From NCBI GenBank assembly GCA_038087875.1, contig CM075996.1, forward strand, positions 6,202,001 to 6,266,000: a DNA stretch of 64,000 bases, read 5' to 3'. The notes beneath the pieces are model-generated. The model was not told where the DNA came from, did no database searches, and saw only the letters and a program-made list of their open reading frames with translations. This document shows, piece by piece, positions 12,093 to 24,054 of the stretch. Source of the stretch: Malacoraja senta (Eukaryota). How positions within the stretch are numbered: the stretch's first letter is position 1; the number at the start of each line of letters is the position of its first letter. The position numbers and the translations under genes are program-made.

Positions 12093-13191
12093 TAATGGTC
12101 ATAAACTCGGTTATATCTTTGTGTGCTGTATAAAGGTCACTGACCTGCCATGAACCCTGTTTCTCCCTCCATAGACGCTGCTCGATTTGTTAAGTGTTAC
12201 CAGCATTCACTGTTTTTATTTCAGTTTTGTAGCATCCACAATATTCCATTCGTTTGCACCTCTGAATGTTGGTCTGGGAATGATAAAATGCTTGCCAACT
12301 GCAGTTAATAAATTGAAGTCAATTTGATGCAGTCTCCAAGATAATTGGTCGTTAATCATGAAACTGGCCACAATTCATTGCTAACTCAGCAGTGCTTGTA
12401 TGGGATGAAAGGTTAGCTTGAGCAGGTAACTGGAAATATGCCCATGGTTGTATTGTTAAAGGAATTTCATAATATATCACCATGGTTCAGGAAAAAGGAT
12501 GGAATTCATCTTTGATCTAACACCTGGGAGTGGCTGATGGTAATATAAAAAGCAATATAAGATTCAGCAGTGAAATAATTCACAACAGGCAGGAAAATCT
12601 TTCCCACTCTTGAGCTTCTACCAACGTGAGTTAGATCTTAGAGATTCTAGCGAGCATGTTTCAGTTTATTAAACACATCATTGAACGGTTGGAGAAACGC
12701 CAGCTGGTATGGAGTTGGCTGAATCTGTCTGCACTCTTCAGTTAGTCGTAGGATTATAGAGTCACACAGCACAGAAACAAGGCCCTTTGGCCCAACTTGC
12801 CCATGCCAAACCAGGTGCTCTATCTAAGCTAGTCCCCCACCTACTCTCGTTTGGCCCATTTCGCTCTAAACCTTGTGTTAAAGAAGGAACTGCAGATGCT
12901 GGAAAATCGAAAGAAGAAGTCTGAAGAAGGGTTTCTGCCCGAAACGTTGCCTATTTCCTTCGCTCCATAGATGCTGCTGCACCCGCTGAGTTTCTCCAGC
13001 ATTTTTGTGTACCTTCTCTCTAAACCTTTCCTATCCAGGTACCTGTCCAAATGTCTTTTAAATGTTTGACTCATTAGGATCAAACAATGCTTCAGAAAGA
13101 GAGAAACGTATGCATTCCAGACAGAAGTATTCACTGTTGAAAAACCCTATGAAATACTTCTGTCACTATTTGTACTGTAATCATTTTTCAG

Positions 13192-13224
13192 ACTACGTCT
13201 TAGATTGCTCACAGCAATCTAAAG
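13192..13224 (+). CDS. Possible 33-nt stalk exon of the Ig receptor (DYVLDCSQQSK)
   Basis: Acceptor tcatttttcag, phase 1-1 and open in frame, but the donor AAG|GTTTAG is weak. Confidence 0.3.
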
Positions 13225-15019
13225 GTTTAGAGAGATATATTGCTCAAAGCCGACTTGATCCGACTCAATTTCAGCGTGGTTCAAATGAAATCATTTGCTT
13301 CTGGCCTAAATGATTCTACCCACATTATATTGCTGGGCAGATAGCACACAATAAGGCTGAGGACGTCATGCAGCAGTTGCTATCACTTGGAGGAAAGTAT
13401 AATCTACAGTCCAGGAATTTTTATCTGCTGGTCAAAGTCTAGTTACTTTAGTTTAGAGATTTAGAGATACAGCACGGAAACAGGCCCTTCGTGCCCGAGT
13501 CTGCACCGAGCAGCAATCCCCGCACATTAACACTAACCTACACACACTAAGGACAATTATATATTCATGCCAATAGACAATAGGTGCAGGAGTAGGCCAT
13601 TCGGCCCTTCGAGCCAGCACCGCCATTCAATGTGATCATGGCTGATCATCCCCAATCAGTACCTCGTTCCTGCCTTCTCCCCATATCCCCATATCTTTAA
13701 GAGCCCTATCTAGCTCTCTCTTGAAAGTATCCAGAGAACCAGCCTCCACCTCCGAGGCAGAGAATTCCACAGACTCACAACTCTCTGTGTGAAAAAGTGT
13801 TACCTCACAGAGATACAAACCTGTACATCTTCGGAGTGTGGAAGGAAACCGAAGATCTCAGAGAAAACATGGTCTTGGGGAGATGTACAAACCCAGTACA
13901 GACAGCAGGCGTAGTCGGGTTCGAACCCGGGTTTCTGGCATTGTAATCACTGTAAGGCAGTAACTCTTCCGCTGCACCACTGTGCCGCCCAATGTTGGCA
14001 ATGAAGATCAAGAAGATCTTCATTGCCAACATTTTGTCAACGAAAAGCTGGAGTAACTCAGCGGATCAGACAGCATCATGTCTGACCCGCTGAATTACTC
14101 CAGCCTTTTGTGTCTGCCTTCGGTTTAAACCAGCATCTGCAGTTCCTTCCTACACAATGAAGATCAAGAGACTAGGTCTCTCCAATGCCCTCCAGCATTT
14201 CCCAGGGATAAAGATGGGAAGGTAACCTGTACAAAACAGGTAAGGCTGCAAATGCTTGGGCAGCATCTGGGGAGAGAGAAACAAAGTTATTGTTTGAGCT
14301 CAGTAAGTTTTCATAGAAAGTGCAAAATGTTAAGAATGAGTATATTTTATGATGTAGAGAAGGGTTTGGGGGAAGGGACGGGGCTTTGGAGAGAACAATA
14401 GGACTCATCTGCTATCGGGGAGATTGGAGGAGATTAAATATCAGTGTACCTGTAATTTTGGGGAGTTTCCAATGCGTCGTCTCCTAGCTCATGTTAAGAA
14501 TCAGAGACTCTTTCCCCTGACTCTCAATCTGAAGATTCAAGAGAGTTTATTGTCATGTGTCCCAGATAGGACAATGAAATTCGTGCTTTGCTTCAGCACA
14601 ACAGAATATAGAAGGCATAAATAAATACAAAACAGATCAGTGTGACCATATACTATTGATTATATATATACACACATACATAATCAGATAAAGTGCAATG
14701 GGCTATTAATGTTCAGAGTTTTGATTGAGTTGAGTTGAAGAAGGGTCTCAACTCGAAACATCACCCATTCCTTCTCTCCATGGATGCTGCCTGTCCCGCT
14801 GAGTTACTCCTGCATTTTGTGTCTATCTTTCAGCATCTGTAGTTCCTCCCTACACAGAATATATTTGGTCCCTTTTGCTGACAGGTGTTTGAAATTGCGG
14901 GAATTAAAAATAGCATCGCAAATCTCATCAGAGATTAAATTATTTCATATGCTTAATATTATCTCTGGATGTTGCTTTACTGCCCTGAAAGTTAATTATG
15001 TTCTTGTTGCCTCTGTTAG

Positions 15020-15168
15020 AACTGGTTTGGCCATTGGCAGTGGGCTTACGATTGATGGTTGTGTTCATCCTACACATTGTGGTGCTTGCTACCTGGTTGC
15101 TGTATCCTGATGATGGGGAGGACCCAAAGATACAGGCGACAGAGATGAAAGTATACGAACATGTATGA
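15020..15168 (+). CDS. Ig-superfamily receptor, terminal exon (transmembrane plus short tail), copy 1
   Basis: Acceptor ttcttgttgcctctgttag, phase 1; (E)LVWPLAVGLRLMVVFILHIVVLATWLLYPDDGEDPKIQATEMKVYEHV*; AATAAA at 15447. Confidence 0.75.
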
Positions 15169-17454
15169 TTTACATGCATTAACAAGTTATTAACATTAAA
15201 GTTATTAACAGTAAAGTTATTAGCAGTAAAGTGGATGGGAAAATAATGAAATATCAGATATCTCTGTAAACTTCTTCTGTTCATAAATACATGGCAATTA
15301 AGCACAAATACAACTAATTGTTCAAAACGATTGCAACGCTTGTTCATATTAAGACCAAGAATTTTAAATTGAAGATGCATCAAACATTAGGTGATATCCT
15401 AATCGTCAGCCATGAACCATGAGAAGGCAAACAGTTCAATTACTATAATAAAGAACTGTACCTGTTTGGTGTACGAGCACGACTCGATAGTGGAAGCTTG
15501 TCAGAAACCTCTTCAATGGAACTGCTACCTTGGGCCAATAAATCAAGCACTTGTCGTAACTCTTGTTGCTTAGCTGTCAAGAATCCAAAGTCAAGAGTGT
15601 TTAATTGTCATATGTATTAAAAATGGAATAATTAAATTCTTGTTGGCATTAAACTTATATTATGTTATTTATGCATTATTATAACTCAAATCATCCGTGG
15701 CAACTGGGACATAAAAAGAATGCTCTGCACTCAGCTGAATTGAAAGAGTATTCAGTTAGGTACATACGATCAAAAGACCATAGAGCTCAGTGATTAAATA
15801 AAATTGAGCTGATCTGTTCCTTGAACACAACTGATGTGTCACACAAGATATAAAGGTGAGTAGTCCATTAGCCATTTGCTTTTCTTTTCCGGTATACACC
15901 TGTAATATTTTAATGGTGAATGGACATGGCCCCCAGTTCCCTTGGACAGGCACAAATTCCAGATTTTGTGCCATTTAGAAAATTAACTTATCTTTATTTT
16001 GGCTTGAGAAAGAATGACCAAATTGGTCTGTATCGAATTCCAGATTTCACAATTTTTCATCCATACTATCTGTATGATTTACAACAGTCACTGTCCTAGT
16101 GACATTGCCCAATGTGGATCAATGTATTTCTATCCCTCTAGTAAATCTATTAAACATGAAAATAGTTGTGGCGCCAGAACAGTCATTGCTGGATTGATAG
16201 TTATACAGCGTGGAAATATATCCTCACAGAGATACAAACCTGTACGTCTTCGGAGTGTGGAAGGAAACCGAAGATCTCAGAGAAAACATGGTCTTGGGGA
16301 GAATGTACAAACCCAGTACAAACAGCAGCCGTAGTCGGGATCGAACCCGGGTTTCTGGCACTGTAATCGCTGTAAGGCAGTAACTCTTCTGCTGCACCAC
16401 AGTGCCACCCAATGTTGGCAATGAAGATCAAGAAGATCTTCATTGCCAACATTTTGTCAACGAAAAGCTGGAGTAACTCAGCGAATCAGACAGCATCATG
16501 TCTGACCCGCTGAATTACTCCAGCCTTTTGTGTCTGCCTTCGGTTTAAACCAGCATCTGCAGTTCCTTCCTACACAATGAAGATCAAGAGACTAGGTCTC
16601 TCCAATGCCCTCCAGCATTTCCCAGGGATAAAGATGGGAAGGTAACCTGTACAAAACAGGTAAGGCTGCAAATGCTTGGGCAGCATCTGGGGAGAGAGAA
16701 ACAAAATTATAGTTTCAGCTCAGTAGGTTTTCATTGAAAGTGCAAAATGTTAAGAATGAGTATATTTTATGATGTAGAGAAGGGTTTGGGGGAAGGGACG
16801 GGGCTTTGGAGAGAACAATAGAACTCGTCTGTTATCGGGGAAATTGGAGGAGATTAAATATCAGTGTACCTGTAATTTTGGGGAGTTTCCAATGCATCGT
16901 CTCCTGCATAATAAGTTCCTAGCTCATGTTAAGAATCAGAGACTCTTTCCCCTGACTCTCAATCTGAAGATTCAAGAGAGTTTATTGTCATGTGTCCCAG
17001 ATAGGACAATGAAATTCTTGCTTTGCTTCAGCACAACAGAATATAGAAGGCATAAATAAATACAGAACAGATCAGTGTGACCATATACTATTGATTATAT
17101 ATATACACACATAAATAATCAGATAAAGTGCAATGGGCTATTAATGTTCAGAGTTTTGATTGAGTTGAGTTGAAGAAGGGTCTCAACTCGAAACGTCACC
17201 CGTTCCTTCTCTCCATGGATGCTGCCTGTCCCGCTGAGTTACTCCTGCATTTTGTGTCTATCTTTCAGCATCTGTAGTTCCTCCCTACACAGAATATATT
17301 TGGTCCCTTTTGCTGACAGGTGTTTGAAATTGCGGGAATTAAAAATAGCATCGCAAATCTCATCAGAGATTACATTATTTCATATGCTTAATATTATCTC
17401 TGGATGTTGCTTTACTGCCCTGAAAGTTAATTATGTTCTTGTTGCCTCTGTTAG

Positions 17455-17603
17455 AACTGGTTTGGCCATTGGCAGTGGGCTTACGATTGATGGTTGTGTT
17501 CATCCTACACATTGTGGTGCTTGCTACCTGGTTGCTGTATCCTGATGATGGGGAGGACCCAAAGATACAGGCGACAGAGATGAAAGTATACGAACATGTA
17601 TGA
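17455..17603 (+). CDS. Ig-superfamily receptor, terminal exon, copy 2
   Basis: Nucleotide-identical to 15020-15168 by eye, with an intact acceptor. Confidence 0.55.
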
Positions 17604-18684
17604 TTTACATGCATTAATAAGTTATTAACATTAAAGTTATTAACAGTAAAGTTATTAGCAGTAAAGTGGATGGGAAAATAATGAAATATCAGATATCTCT
17701 GTAAACTTCTTCTGTTCATAAATACATGGCAATTAAGCACAAATACAACTAATTGTTCAAAAAGATTGCAACGCTTGTTCATATTAAGACCAAGAATTTT
17801 AAATTGAAGATGCATCAAACATTAGGTGATATCCTAATCGTCAGCCATGAACCATGAGAGGGCAAACAGTTCAATTACTATAATAAAGAACTGTACCTGT
17901 TTGGTGTACGAGCACGACTCGATAGTGGAAGCTTGTCAGAAACCTCTTCAATGGAACTGCTACCTTGGGCCAATAAATCAAGCACTTGTCGTAACTCTTG
18001 TTGCTTAGCTGTCAAGAATCAAAAGTCAAGAGTGTTTAATTGTCATATGTATTAAAAATGGAATAATTAAATTCTTGTTGGCATTATACTTATATTATGT
18101 TATTTATGCATTATTATAACTCAAATCATCCGTGGCAACTGGGACATAAAAAGAATGCTCTGCACTCTGCTTAATTGAAAGAGTATTCAGTTAGGAACAT
18201 ACGATCAAAAGACCATAGAGCTCAGTGATTAAATAAAATTGAGCTGATCTGTTCCCTGAATACAACTGATGTGTCACTCCAGATCTCATCAGAGTAGTCC
18301 ATTAGCCATTTGCTTTTCTTTTCCGGTATACACCTGTAATATTTTAATGGCGAATGGACATGGCCCCCAGTTCCCTTGGACAGGCACCAAATTCTAGATT
18401 TTGTGCCATTTAGAAAATTAACATCTTTATTTTGGCTTGAGAAAGAATGACCAAATTAGTCTGTATCGAATTCCAGATTTCACAATTTTTCATCCATACT
18501 ATCTGTATGATTTACAATAGTCACTGTCCTAGTGACATTGCCAAATGTGGATCAATGTATTTCTATCCCTCCAGCAAATCTATTAAACATGAAAATAGTT
18601 GTGGCACCAGAACAGTAATTGCTGGATTGATAGTTATACAGCGTGGGAATATATCCTTCAGCCCAACTTGCTCATGCCGACTAA

Positions 18685-18911
18685 AGGGCCTGTCCCACTT
18701 TCACGACCTAATTCACGACCTTTTTTACTCATGGACATTTTTCATCATTCTGGAAAAACGCCCTGACCTACTTGATGCCACGAGTGCCTACGACTAGCAT
18801 CACGACCTGCTACAACCTACCTACAACCTCGTGACGACCATGCTGCGAGTATGAGTCAAGGGCAAACTTGGCAGAGGTCGTGAATTAGGTCGTGAAAGTG
18901 GGACAGGCCCT
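18685..18911. mobile_element. PIF/Harbinger-like MITE
   Basis: Same AGGGCCTGTCCCAC TIR; flanks TAA/TTA; interior is the reverse complement of the 42596-42807 copy. Confidence 0.8.
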
Positions 18912-19279
18912 TTAGATATCCCATCTACACTAGTCCCACCTGCCCTCATTTGGCCCATATCCCTCTAAAGCTTTCCTATCCTACAGCTAATTCCAATCCA
19001 TTTGAGTATAGCTCCTTAACTATATTTTTCTGTCTCCAATTCCTCATTCAATGACCTGGTACGGTCAATAAATTGACTTGAATTCTATAAGCTTTGACTT
19101 CAGCATCTGTTATAATAGATTTTATCAAATACCTCTGGACGTCCATGTAAACAGTCGTGACTTAGATGATAAGTGGTATTCATGTCATAATTATGCCTAG
19201 CAATGACCATCTTCAACACAAGAGTGTCCAACCGTCTATCTTTGGCATTACCATCATTGAATCCTCCACCAATAATGTC

Positions 19280-19870
19280 ACTAATGAAGTCACCACTAAA
19301 GACGAAACCAACAAAAAGGCAGGTGGAGCTGGGCCCCATGCGAGTACCAATGGCTACACCCTTAACTTGAAGAAGGTGAAAGTCAAATGAGCTGTTCAGG
19401 TTGAGGACAAGTTCTGGCAGATGGAGGAGAGTGTTAGTAGAGGGAAACTGATAGGATACATATTCAAAGGAGAACCAGAGTGCTTGAAGATAGACGCAAA
19501 ATGCAGGCAGCATCTCTGGAGAGAAGGAATGAGTGATGTTTCGGGTCGAGGCTCTTCTTCAGACTGGATGGCTTGGTTGGGAATTTAGGTGTAAAGGGAC
19601 TGGATGTCCATAGTAAAGATGAGGCAGTGGGGGGATAGGAATTGAAAGTTATTGAAGAGTTCAAGGGTGTGTGATGAGTCTCTTGGATGTAGGTTGGAAG
19701 GGACTGGACAAAGGGGGGAAAGGATGGAGTTGAGGTATTTGGAGATTAGTTATGTGGGGCAGGAGCAGGCGGAAACAATGGGTCAGCCAGGGGAATCCTG
19801 TTTGTGGATTTTGGGAAGGAGATAGAAGTGGACAGTGCAAGTCTGGGAACCAATCCGTTTGTAGGCTGTG
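19280..19870 (-). mobile_element. Degraded Penelope-like RT fragment
   Basis: Translation QVKGVAIGTRMGPSSTCLFVGFV resembles the PLE RT motif GVAMGTRMGPSYACLFVG; frameshifted and interrupted. Confidence 0.65.
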
Positions 19871-21044
19871 GAGGGGAGATTATCGGAACCCATGTGATTG
19901 CCATTGGCTATATCTTTAACATGAAGAAAGTGAGAGGAGTCATAAGAGAAGTTGGTGAGGCTGCAGACAAATTCTTTCTTTCATCTTTCTGTTAAAAGCA
20001 CATTTTAGAACGAGACATGCAATGTTCTCATTTCCAATGCAGCCGCAGCCGTGGAGTGGAGTCCATACTCATAAGTTTGCGGGAGGGGTGTGATAGGTAA
20101 GGCTTGCCTTAGCACCAGCTAAGTAAAGTCATGGTGTCATAGAGTCATACAGCGTGGAAACAGGCCCTTCGGTCCATCTACACTAGTCCCACCTGCCTGC
20201 GTTTGGCTCATATCCCTCTAAACCTAACCTATCCTATCCATGTACATGTCTAAATGTTTTTTAAAAGTTATGATAGTACCTGCCTCAACTTTGGCATACA
20301 GAAATTGGTAGATGTTTAGATCTAGTAATTGAATTTTGTAATTAGCTACAATTAGGTAACTAACTAATTATATGCTTTAATTTCAAGTCATCCAAGTAAG
20401 ATTGTTTCATATAAGTTTCAGAATGCTTCAATCTATAATAACTGAAAATTCCATTCAGTTCTCTTAATTTTTAAGAAAGTTATGGGCTTTTGACTGTCCT
20501 CGATCACAGCTTTTGAGTTAAGTCAATGGAAAAGCAATAGGGAACAAGATGCTAATTTCAGAGTATGAAAATGGCCATCACTTTTTTAATACTGAAGATA
20601 TGAAAGTGAATTAGGTGTCAAATTAAACTTCTTTTTATGCTTTATCTGATGGGATAAATTGCAGACATGATTTGTAAAATCTCAAAATTTTGTAACATTG
20701 CTCAGACCCTTTTGTAACATTGCTCAGACCCTTTAGTCCTAGTAACATCCTCGTAAATCTTCCCTGAACCCTCTAGTCCTGGCAACATCCTCGTAAATCT
20801 ACCCTCATCCTCATACCCTCTCCAGCTTGACAATATACTTACACTCTTTTGTGTAAAAAAAAAAAGGTACTGCTAGCTTGAAAGTTCTGCAAGATGACTT
20901 TAAAAGTCTGACAGGATCCACCCTTCCTTATCTTATTTTTCCTGCATGGGCTCTCCTCTACATTAACAATGGCTCTCAGTGGGAGGAGATTTTTAAATGT
21001 AGAAGAAATGTTCTATGTCTTGTTGAAGTCTTGAGGAAGACCAT

Positions 21045-21110
21045 CCGGAAGCGGAAACAGAAAGAGCAGGCGGCTGGGTTAAAGGTGGTTGCTAGGCTGA
21101 AGATGGCGGC
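21045..21110 (+). promoter_or_regulatory. WBP11 housekeeping-type promoter motifs
   Basis: Tandem ETS sites CCGGAAGCGGAA (21045-21056) and a YY1 motif AAGATGGCGGC (21100-21110) in a CpG-rich island just upstream of the ATG. Confidence 0.65.
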
Positions 21111-21204
21111 CAGGCGGAGTGTCTAACGCCGCGGGGAGCTGTTGGACCGCGTTCACTTTGATTTCAGCGGCGGAGGGAGGAGGGAGAGGAAGAGCGCTGC
21201 AAAG

Positions 21205-21268
21205 ATGGGTCGCAGATCGACCAGTTCCACCAAGAGTGGGAAGTTCATGAACCCCACGGACCAGGCCC
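21205..21268 (+). CDS. WBP11: WW domain-binding protein 11, coding exon 1
   Basis: MGRRSTSSTKSGKFMNPTDQA(R); donor GTGAGT; 64 nt. Confidence 0.97.
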
Positions 21269-24022
21269 GTGAGTTGTGGGAGCGCGGAGAGGGGAGACTA
21301 GGCCTCGGCTCGGGGCTCGGGGCTCGGGGCCAGGGCTTGCACATCGCAAATAAAAACCGTCCGGGCCAGCTGAAATGAGAGTAAAATGTCAAACTCTGAA
21401 TTAAAAAAGGCTTGGTCTTATCTAAAATTGAACCACGTTTGATTCTACACTTTAGCATCTGCAGCCTTATACCAGTGCACCAATCTCCCCAATTATGTTC
21501 AAGAGTCGAGAGTGTTTTATTGCCATATGTCCCAGATAGAACAATGAAATTCTTACTGGAAGCAGCACAACAAAATATGTAAACATAGTACACTGTAAAC
21601 ACTATAATAAATGAGAAAAAAGTTCAGTGTGTGTACATATATACACACACACACATTAAAAAAAAACATTTAAAAAGTGCAAAAAGACAAAACCAATGTC
21701 CCTAGTCTGTGTAGTTCAGAATTTATTTGGAGGTTGCAGTGTTTAATAGCAGTTTGGCAATAGGGAAGAAGCTGTACCTGAACCTGGAAGTTACAGCGTT
21801 CAGGCACCTGTACCTTCCCTGTGGCAAGGGTGAAATGAGTGTGTGGCCAGGGTAGTGTGGGTCTCTAATGATGCTGGCTGAGGCAGAGACTCCTGTAAAT
21901 CCCTTCAATTCCCTGGGGAAGTCAGAACCTGTGATCAACTGGGCAGTGTTCAGCACTTTTTGCTGAACGTATATTTAAAGCATAGGGCACAGCGGGGAGC
22001 TTTCTGCTCCGATTCAATAGTTCAAAGATCATAGGTTCACCTGGGGTCTTGAGGTTGGACATAATTCAGGCTGACACCAGAAAGTTCGAGAATTCAATAT
22101 TACACCCAGTTGGATCTAACTTTCCTGGTTGGAAGATTAGGTGCCATTTGCCAAGCTAGCATTGGGCCCCACAGTAACAGTGCAAGAGGTAACAGTGCAG
22201 TGGGAGGGTAGCACCATGCTCTCGTGGGGATAGTGCTGAGGGAATGTTGTGCTATTGTAGATGTTAGCTGTTGGATAGGATCTTGGACTAAATGAAAGAC
22301 ATCTTACAAATTTCCCCCTGACCCATCAGATATAAATGTTCCTACTCTTTCAATATTTTGAAGAGATTGTTCCCTTTGCGACTCTGGCATTTGCTCTTGC
22401 GTCCCAGCCAGTCATTCTCTGTCCTCTGGCACTTTCCCCTGCAACTGCAGGAGATGCAAACCTGTCCTTTCACCTCTTCCATTCCCATTTTCCAAGGACT
22501 CAAGCAGGCTTTCTTTGCGAAGTAGTTTGCACTTTTTCCAGTCGAATGTACTGCATTTGGTGTTCACAATTTGTGTTCTATACTGAAGAAACCAAACGTA
22601 GAACATTGCTCTGCCAAGTACCTGCATCCTGTACGGGAAACTCTGAGCTTCGAGTTTCCTCCTGCTTCAATCCTTCATCCAATTCTGATCTCTCACTTCG
22701 GCCTCTTGTACTGTTATATTGAAACGTAATATTAGCTTGATTAACAGAACCTCGTCTTCCATCTTGGCAAGTTGGATCCTTTTGAATAATATTGAATTCT
22801 CAAATTTACCTTGCAGTTTCATTCTGACTATCAGAACTGACCTATTCTACCAGTTATTCACGCGATTGGGGTTCTTTCCCCCCCCCTGTATTCGCGTAAC
22901 CCGGCTTGTCCAACAGCCCTGTTATTAGATAGATAGATAGATAGATAGATAAATACTTTATTAATCCCCTCAGGGAAATTCAGATGCCCAGTAGCCAACA
23001 CAATCAGAACGTAAAGCAGACAATACATAAAATACGGACAATACATAAAAGCAATAAATACTTAAAAAGAACCCAATAAATAACTGTTAAAAGTGCAAAG
23101 CATCCCCATACAGCTTAACGGTCAGTATTATAAAATCTAATGACTGCAGGGGTGAAGGATCTCCTCTGTTCTACAGCGCAGGGAGAGGAGCCGGTTGTTG
23201 TTCCGTGTGCTCCTCTGACCCTCCAGAGTTTCATGGAGGGGGTGCCCGGAGTTGTTGAGGATGACCTGCACCTTGGTCCTCATACACCTCTCAAGCACAT
23301 CCACCACAGAGACACAGATAACACACATAAAACAGACAAAAACGCATGTGATTCTATCCCCCATATTAGCTCATTTGATCTCAATCGATTGAAGGCATTC
23401 CCTTTCCTCTACCATCCCTCCCATACAACCTCCGTTCCTGAAAACTGACTCGTTTCTTTCCAGCTGTGACAAAGGTCTTGGATCTGAAACATTAGTTCTA
23501 TTTCTCTTTCCACAACACTGTTCATTATTTTTATTTGGCAAATTTTCTGCATCTGCAAAAGGTCTGTTGGTATTACTTGAAGATCACACAATTGTTTTCT
23601 AGTGGTCTGACGATTATTTATTCCTCAAACAAGATCACTTAAGAAATGAGAAAAAAAGAAAGAAACATAAAATAAAACCCCAAAATACTGGAAGGTCAGG
23701 TGCATTGATGAAAGAAGTGGACCTGATCAGTAGTCAGATATTTCATCTGCATATCTGCTTGACTTCCAGTTGATTTAATGGTGTATCCATTATCACGTTA
23801 TCATTTTTGGAAGTTTACTCTGCAGAAACATTGAATACATTACAGTAAAAGCTTTGTACTTCAAAAAGTTGTACAGGTAATTGATTTTAGAGCCTGTTGG
23901 ACGCCATACAGTTGTGAAAGGTTCTATTGAATTTGCTATGGAAAATATCAGTAGAAGATTATTCTTTATTTTCCATTCATCTTTTCTGTTCCAAACTGAT
24001 TCACAATGTTTCTTTTAAACAG

Positions 24023-24054
24023 GAAAAGAGGCCAGGAAACGGGAATTGAAAAAG
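24023..24054 (+). CDS. WBP11: WBP11 coding exon 2
   Basis: RKEARKRELKK; AG/GT boundaries; 32 nt. Confidence 0.95.

Larger units (their letters stand above)
13803..18654. repeat. Tandem duplication of two ~2.4-kb units (13803-16221 and 16222-18654)
   Basis: Units are colinear and highly similar, with scattered substitutions and small indels (e.g. an extra GCATAATAAGTTCCT in copy 2); ORF pairs 14784/17219 and 14940/17375 are near-identical. Confidence 0.95.

Noticed and set aside
14940..15383. 147-aa minus-strand ORF and the 108-aa plus-strand ORF 14784-15110 (both duplicated)
   Set aside because: They are alternative frames over the real TM exon and its 3' UTR, and recur only because of the tandem duplication.
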